Virus record (IMG/VR): IMGVR_UViG_3300043434_000693 | Span: 32,241 to 96,240 of that record | DNA: 64,000 bases | Direction: 5' to 3' (one strand) | DNA from: a virus | Part shown: positions 58,801 to 64,000 of the stretch, in pieces | Position numbering within the stretch: the stretch's first letter is position 1 | Layout: each line of letters begins with the position of its first letter | The notes under the pieces: generated by a model | What the model saw: the letters and a program-made list of their open reading frames with translations, nothing else | Database searches by the model: none | Told to the model about the DNA's origin: nothing | Made by a program: the position numbers and the translations under genes

Positions 58801-60294
58801 TTTAAAGGTTATATCAATAGTTTAAGAGTATGGAATATAGCGAGAACTGCGACTCAAATACAGACTTGGTACAATACAATTGGATGTGCCGGAGTTCAAG
58901 CAATACCGACAGTATTATCATCTGCAGGTAATTCAGTTCAATTTAACATTTCGAGTAAAAATGTTCCGAACAATACTAAGGTATATTGGAGCACATTGGG
59001 CGTTGAGCCCGGACTTAATTCTTTTGATTTCACTGATAATTTATTAGACGGTGAAGTAATTATTAATGATAATAAAGGTGTTATCACTCGAACAATGACT
59101 GCTGATGCAACATTAGAAGGTGAAGAACATTTTACAATATCACTATATTCAGATGAAGCTCTTGAAAATATACTAGCAACTAGTCCTTCAGTTACTGTTC
59201 TTGATTCGTCCGTTAAAGCAGCAGCATCGATAGAATATACTAGACCTGGCCCAAATGCTTATGCACCATTTACTGTACCGTCAGGAGTTACAAGTTTACT
59301 AATTGAAATGGCTGGCGGTGGCGGATCTGGTGGATACTCGTGGAGAGACAATCCACAATGTGGTGGTGGTGGTGGCGGTTCCGGCGGATTCATCACAAGA
59401 ACCATCAATGTAACTCCTGGACAACCTATACATATAAATGTAGGAGCGGGCGGAGCAGCGTCTTTGAATGAAGTAGAATACAATAGAAATGGACAAACAA
59501 CTAGTATAACAATCGCAGATATTATAGGAACAGTTACATATGGAGGGACTCCGTATCCTCCTATTAAAAATCCGTGGCCGAATTCCCTCATGAAATCATA
59601 TGCTGTTTGGTTATCTGGTTTATATCAAAGAAATATAATGAGATGGGATTTGTATATTACTACTACTGGAAATTATACAATTAAAGGTGTCGGTGATGAT
59701 CAAATGACAATGTGGATTGACGGTAATGTTATATTCAATGCAGTTAGCGGATTTAAATCAAGTTCGACTCCTACCGTAGTTAAGCAATTAACTGCCGGAT
59801 TACATACTATTATTATTTCAGGAAAAGATACTGTTGGCGGAGTTTCGGGTGTTGCTGCAACAATTCAAACAGGAACAAATATTATCTGGCATACTAGAAT
59901 GGGACCAGATGCATCAATCAGTGCCGGAACAATTCATGTTAGTGGTGGATTACAAGGTAATGACGGCATGAAAACTGGTAATGTGTCAACAGCAGGAAGA
60001 GGTGGACTTCGCGGAATGCCCGCAGGTCAAGACGGAACTATTGGTGAGCGTGTTGCAAACAACGCTAATGCCCATCCGGGACAAACACCGGCAGGAACTG
60101 CGTGGGGAGGAACAGCAGGTACCTCTCATTATGGGCCCGGTGGAGAAGGCGGAAAAGGCACACAAGGGCAAGATGGCCGTGGCTATGGAGCCGGCGGCGG
60201 CGGCGCAGGAGCCCCACAAAAGATTGGGTCGACACAGAAAGTATATACGGGCGGAAACGGAATCGGCGGCTATATTAAAATTAGTTGGGGATAA
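55849..60294 (+). CDS. Fibre/adhesin: shared N-terminal domain, five Calx-beta-like repeats, LamG domain, PA14-like domain and glycine-rich domain
   Basis: 1481 aa. LamG motifs YTIEAWIYP, HVAVV and FKGYINSLRVWN; PA14-like GNYTIKGVGDD..TMWIDG...LTAGLHTI. Confidence 0.75.
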   Translation: MTGQYTPIISIDYNSLQSRIAQVLGVGSGNYGYGQNLKSSQSRPRSAITRTQWNNLREDVLKARQHQTGVDESGNVPPIIPAPNYTATPPVLPTRLITSDIQKFADIITLIENDRLVTPPSNQATRENISVITRTVPWNNVLTYTVDVQYASEEAARWYFNTGSTIEFSAIRVGGTVNVKNQNWSDLLSSMGTITFDLNSTSASGTGTGSAFGYYNLPTTDELIFRKTADSGTYSANRYSIYARIGNDRSAIIFTIEIADNDTGITDENIDGTLTNTVQVYRASGTNVSVPRPGAPLPLNPDYYIAPQITSIGEGQIAVDFIVTTQDVPNGTLLYWTTSTTLGISSADFTDNVLSGSVLIYSDTATIPRAAIADQKTEGTESFYLELRADSIGGPVLAVSDPVQILDLSTDPIPPGATYEITPDATILVEGAPEGVTFFVNTTGVPDGTTLFWSTSATAGISAADFTDNTLVGTVTIKNNTGSFKRVTTADLTTEGSEVFFMELRTGSTSGTVVASSITLLILDISLTPSLSLDSYPLYVDEGGALTVELNAFFIPTNKKLYLTFSGSATETDLNQLSGPTINSSTREFVYTESPTLWTFEVLADRTTEGTENIVWQVRSDSKTGTVLAESPSITINDTSRTPIYTLQVNPSTINEGGTVTTTLTMQNVSVGTTLYLKLDTSSQATSLDLTQASGPSISGDYSFSVTSTSLEWTHTIVADSLTEGTELFNWVLATDAAFSKVVATSNTVTIQDTSLSPTEYQIVPFPVEVVEGELVTGNTTYSIMDSPIGSLVACWAMDEADGITLNDKVDSGNQVATGGTFGWATINGKSAASFNGNAASFAQVKQDSEGLKLTSKPGSSYTIEAWIYPTGPGQDSVYGGEIINHDRDFEVARRPNGQIMVASDWGIGTDINLPGGGWIIPPAGVAVAPLNTATHVAVVIENTVLKIYINGALVWTKTGLNRLRSNSINNKTFIGNRRGKTAGFKGYINSLRVWNIARTATQIQTWYNTIGCAGVQAIPTVLSSAGNSVQFNISSKNVPNNTKVYWSTLGVEPGLNSFDFTDNLLDGEVIINDNKGVITRTMTADATLEGEEHFTISLYSDEALENILATSPSVTVLDSSVKAAASIEYTRPGPNAYAPFTVPSGVTSLLIEMAGGGGSGGYSWRDNPQCGGGGGGSGGFITRTINVTPGQPIHINVGAGGAASLNEVEYNRNGQTTSITIADIIGTVTYGGTPYPPIKNPWPNSLMKSYAVWLSGLYQRNIMRWDLYITTTGNYTIKGVGDDQMTMWIDGNVIFNAVSGFKSSSTPTVVKQLTAGLHTIIISGKDTVGGVSGVAATIQTGTNIIWHTRMGPDASISAGTIHVSGGLQGNDGMKTGNVSTAGRGGLRGMPAGQDGTIGERVANNANAHPGQTPAGTAWGGTAGTSHYGPGGEGGKGTQGQDGRGYGAGGGGAGAPQKIGSTQKVYTGGNGIGGYIKISWG

Positions 60295-60303
60295 GTTAGA
60301 TAC

Positions 60304-60311
60304 AATAAATA
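60304..60311 (+). promoter_or_regulatory. Late promoter (AATAAATA)
   Basis: Intergenic box ending 21 nt before the 60333 ATG. Confidence 0.55.
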
Positions 60312-60332
60312 TATCGGAAAATAGGGGAACAT

Positions 60333-61271
60333 ATGGCCGGTCAAGGAACGTTAGTTGTTGCAACTGATTATAATACAATTCAATCTAAAATTCAAGCAGT
60401 ATTCGGTGATGGAGGAACAAATCCTAATACTGGATTGCCTGACGGGTCTTTTGGGTACGGGCAAACTTTAGTTAGTATCCCTGTTTCTGCAAATGCAAAA
60501 GTTTCAGTAACACAATGGAATAATTTAAGAACGGATTTAGTAAAAGCTAGACAACATCAATTAGGAATTACTGTAGGAACAAAAGAATCATCGGACCCTT
60601 TGTATGTGCCTGGTCAAGATTTAAAAATCCCTACTACTGCAAACAAAGTTACAGAAACTGATCGAGCATCTTTTAATCAAATGGCTGACTATGTTATTTC
60701 GGATCGATTAGTAGCAGCAGCTGGTCAATTATCTCGAGATACAGTATCAAATTTAACATATTCATCAAATTGGAGTGCAACAATTACCCATTCTGTGACT
60801 ATGACATTTTCTACTACTAACAGACCTAGAAATTTTTTTAACGCAGGCGGATATGTTGATATAACAGCAAGCCAACTAATTACTGGAACTAATACTAAGA
60901 ATGATGCATGGAAAAATCTTATTAATACAATCGGAGTTGTAACATTTTCTAGGACTACAACTACTACTACCGGCTCTGGAACTGCATCTGCAATTGGGTT
61001 TACTCAGTTAACCACATCTGATCAATTGATTTATCAAAAACTTAGTTCAGCATATTCTCCTAATGTATATAGAATATATGCAAGAATCGGTGCAACGGCT
61101 AATATTTTAATATTCACTATTCAATTTGCTGATTTAAATACTCCTGCCGATCCTACATGGGGAATTGACGAGGTTATAACTGGTTCAGTTACTAGCAAAG
61201 TGGAAACTGTTCGTGCAACAGGCACAAATGTGTCTTCAGCATTACCGACAATTACTGCATCGTTTACATAA
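60333..61271 (+). CDS. Virion structural protein consisting only of the shared MAGQ domain
   Basis: 312 aa; DYN.IQ, GYGQ, QWNNLR.D..KARQHQ and FFNAGG align with the N-termini of the two preceding proteins. Confidence 0.75.
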   Translation: MAGQGTLVVATDYNTIQSKIQAVFGDGGTNPNTGLPDGSFGYGQTLVSIPVSANAKVSVTQWNNLRTDLVKARQHQLGITVGTKESSDPLYVPGQDLKIPTTANKVTETDRASFNQMADYVISDRLVAAAGQLSRDTVSNLTYSSNWSATITHSVTMTFSTTNRPRNFFNAGGYVDITASQLITGTNTKNDAWKNLINTIGVVTFSRTTTTTTGSGTASAIGFTQLTTSDQLIYQKLSSAYSPNVYRIYARIGATANILIFTIQFADLNTPADPTWGIDEVITGSVTSKVETVRATGTNVSSALPTITASFT

Positions 61272-61330
61272 TCAAAAAAAATATTGATGTTTTTTTAAAT
61301 TGCTAATTAATTAGTAGTTTAGGAGAACGT

Positions 61331-61681
61331 ATGGACGAACGAATTGAAAAAGCGTTTGAAGTTGCAAATTATATGGCAACATTATCAAATCAACGAAGAA
61401 TAATTCTCGAAGAATTAGATCAAAAATTAACATATTATGTTAACGGAGCTACATTCAAAATCGATTCTCAGTTGATATCTTTTGTAAAATCGGTTATTGA
61501 CCTAGGACATACACAAAACATTCCTTTTCTCGATTCAAACAAGTTTCCAGTTATAATCGATGATGTTCAAGGATTTTTCGATGAAATTACATCTATATAT
61601 TTTGAGTCAATTAATGACTATTCTGTAAAATATGCTGACCTATCTAAAAAACGAAGAGTTGAGGATATTGTTAGTTTATGA
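61331..61681 (+). CDS. Hypothetical protein (possible fibre assembly chaperone)
   Basis: 116 aa, AGGAG RBS; first gene of a translationally coupled cluster. Confidence 0.65.
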   Translation: MDERIEKAFEVANYMATLSNQRRIILEELDQKLTYYVNGATFKIDSQLISFVKSVIDLGHTQNIPFLDSNKFPVIIDDVQGFFDEITSIYFESINDYSVKYADLSKKRRVEDIVSL

Positions 61682-62526
61682 GTACTGGTGCTGTTATATT
61701 TGCACAAAATAATAAAAATGTTGATTATGTTAAACTAGCAATATATTGTGCAGAACGAATTAAACAATATTTAGAAATTCCAGTTTCGATTATTACAGAT
61801 TCGACTAACTGGTTGTTAGATTCGTATCCTAATCATCCGTTTGATCAAATTATATCAGTAAATTATTATGAGCTGTCTCAAAATAAACGATTTTATGATA
61901 GTACATTATCGTCTAAAGTACTAGAATGGAAAAATTTCTCTCGATGTCAAGTATACAACCTAACACCATATGATAATACACTAGTTGTCGATAGTGATTT
62001 TATCATAAATTCTTCAATTTTAAAAAAAGCATTTAATAGAGAATCAAATTTTCAAATATACAAGCAAGGGTTTGATTTAGCAGGATGGCGATCGACTTTA
62101 GAATTTGAAAGAATTAATCAATTTTCGATACCTTTTTATTGGGCAACTGTTATATTTTTTAGAAAATCGGAGCTTGTTGAATCAGTTTTTAATTTAGTTT
62201 CGTATATTAAAGATAATTGGGAATATTTTAGGGTGTTGTATAATATTGATACGGCTCTATACAGAAACGATTATGCATTTAGTATTGCAATTCATATAAT
62301 GAATGGTAAAACGAACGGACAGTTTGTATCAGAGCTTCCGGGAAAAATGACATATATTTTAGACCGTGACATATTAGTTGAACACAAAAACGAAAGTATG
62401 TGTTTTTTAGTTGAAAAACAAGATTATCTAGGTGAATATATAGCAGTTAAAACAACAGGTATTGATGTACATGCAATGAATAAATTTAGTTTGTTAAGAT
62501 TAATCGACGGAGGTACCGGTGTCTAA
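61678..62526 (+). CDS. GT-A fold glycosyltransferase-like protein
   Basis: Motifs GAVIFAQN...DYVKLA, TPYDNTLVVDSD (DxD), YWATVIFF and RNDYAFSIA. Confidence 0.65.
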   Translation: MSTGAVIFAQNNKNVDYVKLAIYCAERIKQYLEIPVSIITDSTNWLLDSYPNHPFDQIISVNYYELSQNKRFYDSTLSSKVLEWKNFSRCQVYNLTPYDNTLVVDSDFIINSSILKKAFNRESNFQIYKQGFDLAGWRSTLEFERINQFSIPFYWATVIFFRKSELVESVFNLVSYIKDNWEYFRVLYNIDTALYRNDYAFSIAIHIMNGKTNGQFVSELPGKMTYILDRDILVEHKNESMCFLVEKQDYLGEYIAVKTTGIDVHAMNKFSLLRLIDGGTGV

Positions 62527-63355
62527 AGGATTTGTAATATTAGCACAGAATACCGGATCGTGTAATTATGTGCAACAAGCATATGCATTGGCATTATCTA
62601 TTAAATGTACTCAACTTAAAATTTCGTCGGTATCTTTAATTACAAACGATAAGGTACCGGAAAAGTATTTTAGTGTATTTGACGAAATTATTCAAATTCC
62701 GTGGGATGATAGCGCAAAGTATTCTGAATGGAAAGTTGAAAATCGTTGGAAAATTTATCATTGTACACCTTACGAGGAAACAATAGTTTTAGATGCAGAT
62801 ATGTTGATGTTAGAAGACATATCTCTTTGGTGGGATTATTGCAGTAATTATGATCTTAAATTTTGTTCTCAAATTAAGAACTACAAACTTGACATTGTAC
62901 ACGATACTGTTCATCGAAAAGCATTTATAGAAAATCAATTACCTAATGTATACTTTGCTCTACATTATTTTAAAAAAAGTGATTTAGCATTTAAATTTTA
63001 TAAAGTATTAGAGTTTGTATCTAATAATTGGGAATGGTGTTATACAAAATTTGCTCCTAACGAATATCAAAATTGGTTAAGCATGGATTTAGCATCTGCC
63101 ATTTCAGTTGAAATGTTAGGGTTAAGTGATACTGTCGTTGATATTACATCTCCTTTAGAATTCATTCACATGAAACCGGCTATTCAAGGATGGTCGGTAA
63201 GTGTTTCGAGTTGGCAAGATGTAATTCATAGTTCTTTAAGGTCGCCTAGTGATTTAACAGTTGGCAACATTAAGCAGTCTAAGTTGTTTCATTATGTAGA
63301 ACCGAGTTTTTTAACAGCAGAGATAATCAACCGATTAGAAAGTTTTTATGAATGA
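62519..63355 (+). CDS. GT-A fold glycosyltransferase-like protein (paralog)
   Basis: Motifs GFVILAQN...YVQQAYALA, TPYEETIVLDADML (DxD), FIHMKP and FHYV. Confidence 0.7.
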   Translation: MSKGFVILAQNTGSCNYVQQAYALALSIKCTQLKISSVSLITNDKVPEKYFSVFDEIIQIPWDDSAKYSEWKVENRWKIYHCTPYEETIVLDADMLMLEDISLWWDYCSNYDLKFCSQIKNYKLDIVHDTVHRKAFIENQLPNVYFALHYFKKSDLAFKFYKVLEFVSNNWEWCYTKFAPNEYQNWLSMDLASAISVEMLGLSDTVVDITSPLEFIHMKPAIQGWSVSVSSWQDVIHSSLRSPSDLTVGNIKQSKLFHYVEPSFLTAEIINRLESFYE

Positions 63356-63902
63356 TATATTAGAAACAAATTACTTTGTATATTACGATAAAAAGACCAA
63401 TCATATTTTGTCTGTAACAAACGAAATTCATGCGGTGTTTGAGGATAAGATTACCGTATCTCCTGAAACATATGAAAGATTGGTGACAGGGGTGGACAAG
63501 TTTAGCGACTATCGAGTTGGACAAACAGCTGACGGTGCAACCGAGTTAGTGTCAATAATTAAAGAGCAATATTGTTTTAATTACAAATTACTAACGATGA
63601 TCAAAGATACGCCGGATATCAATACTAATCTAGTTGTTGAGTGGCACGAAAAAACTAAAGTTTGGAAATTTTGTTTATCAAAATTTCCTCAAGGTGAATT
63701 GCCGCATATGCTTATGATTTTTGCAACGTTAAATAATGATTATGATTTTTTAATAAGAAAATTTGAGATTGATGTTGATCAACTCATCAAAGGACCGATG
63801 TATATACCTTTCGATAATAAGTTCGAGTTACAAATAGAAAATGTTAGTATTTTTACAAAAACTAATGCGTTATCTTATGGATTAAGAGTTATACATGAGT
63901 AA
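63348..63902 (+). CDS. Hypothetical protein
   Basis: 184 aa, overlapping both neighbours within the cluster. Confidence 0.65.
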   Translation: MNDILETNYFVYYDKKTNHILSVTNEIHAVFEDKITVSPETYERLVTGVDKFSDYRVGQTADGATELVSIIKEQYCFNYKLLTMIKDTPDINTNLVVEWHEKTKVWKFCLSKFPQGELPHMLMIFATLNNDYDFLIRKFEIDVDQLIKGPMYIPFDNKFELQIENVSIFTKTNALSYGLRVIHE

Positions 63903-64000
63903 AATAAACATTATCGATCAAGACGTTATATTCTTAAGTTATGACGAACCGAACGCTGAGAAGAATTATGCTGATTTATTATCTAAAATACCTTGGGCTA
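63895..64000 (+). CDS. Partial CDS (runs off the right edge), possibly another glycosyltransferase-like protein
   Basis: ATG at 63895 overlaps the previous gene's end; reads MSKINIIDQDVIFLSYDEPNAEKNYADLLSKIPWA. Confidence 0.6.
   Translation, partial: MSKINIIDQDVIFLSYDEPNAEKNYADLLSKIPWA

Noticed and set aside
1-64000. Stop-codon reassignment, as seen in some large phages
   Set aside because: The standard code gives full-length, tightly packed genes, and TAA, TGA and TAG all occur as genuine gene ends.

Overview
This is a 64-kb, AT-rich segment of a large T4-like (myovirus-type, probably jumbo) dsDNA phage genome. The left arm (1-22990) is almost entirely minus strand. It holds a truncated fibre-like protein, small virion proteins, the head module (major capsid, scaffold, prohead protease, acidic core protein, portal), a tape-measure-like gene, and an operon with a gp55-type late sigma factor, gp47/gp46 (Mre11/Rad50-like) and two GIY-YIG-type endonucleases. 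The right arm (23072-64000) is plus strand. It holds the baseplate module (gp53-, gp27-, gp5-, gp25- and gp6-like genes and a 4834-aa gp7-like wedge), two trios of paralogous fibre/adhesin genes and a glycosyltransferase-like cluster. NATAAATA late-promoter boxes precede many structural genes. Three things stand out. (1) A non-coding element of about 500 nt (about 17250-17775) directly downstream of the two GIY-YIG genes is densely structured, with long-range and pseudoknot pairings, and ends in DNA-type mini-hairpins; it is a candidate large ncRNA working with the nuclease and/or an RNA-primed origin. (2) An unannotated -1 frameshift site (T TTT TTC) would fuse a gp26-like gene to a start-less 78-codon ORF, as in tail-assembly-chaperone pairs. 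(3) Early and late promoters overlap at the gp55 gene. No tRNA, CRISPR array, integrase or reverse transcriptase was seen. All calls come from motif recognition and synteny; no database searches were run.
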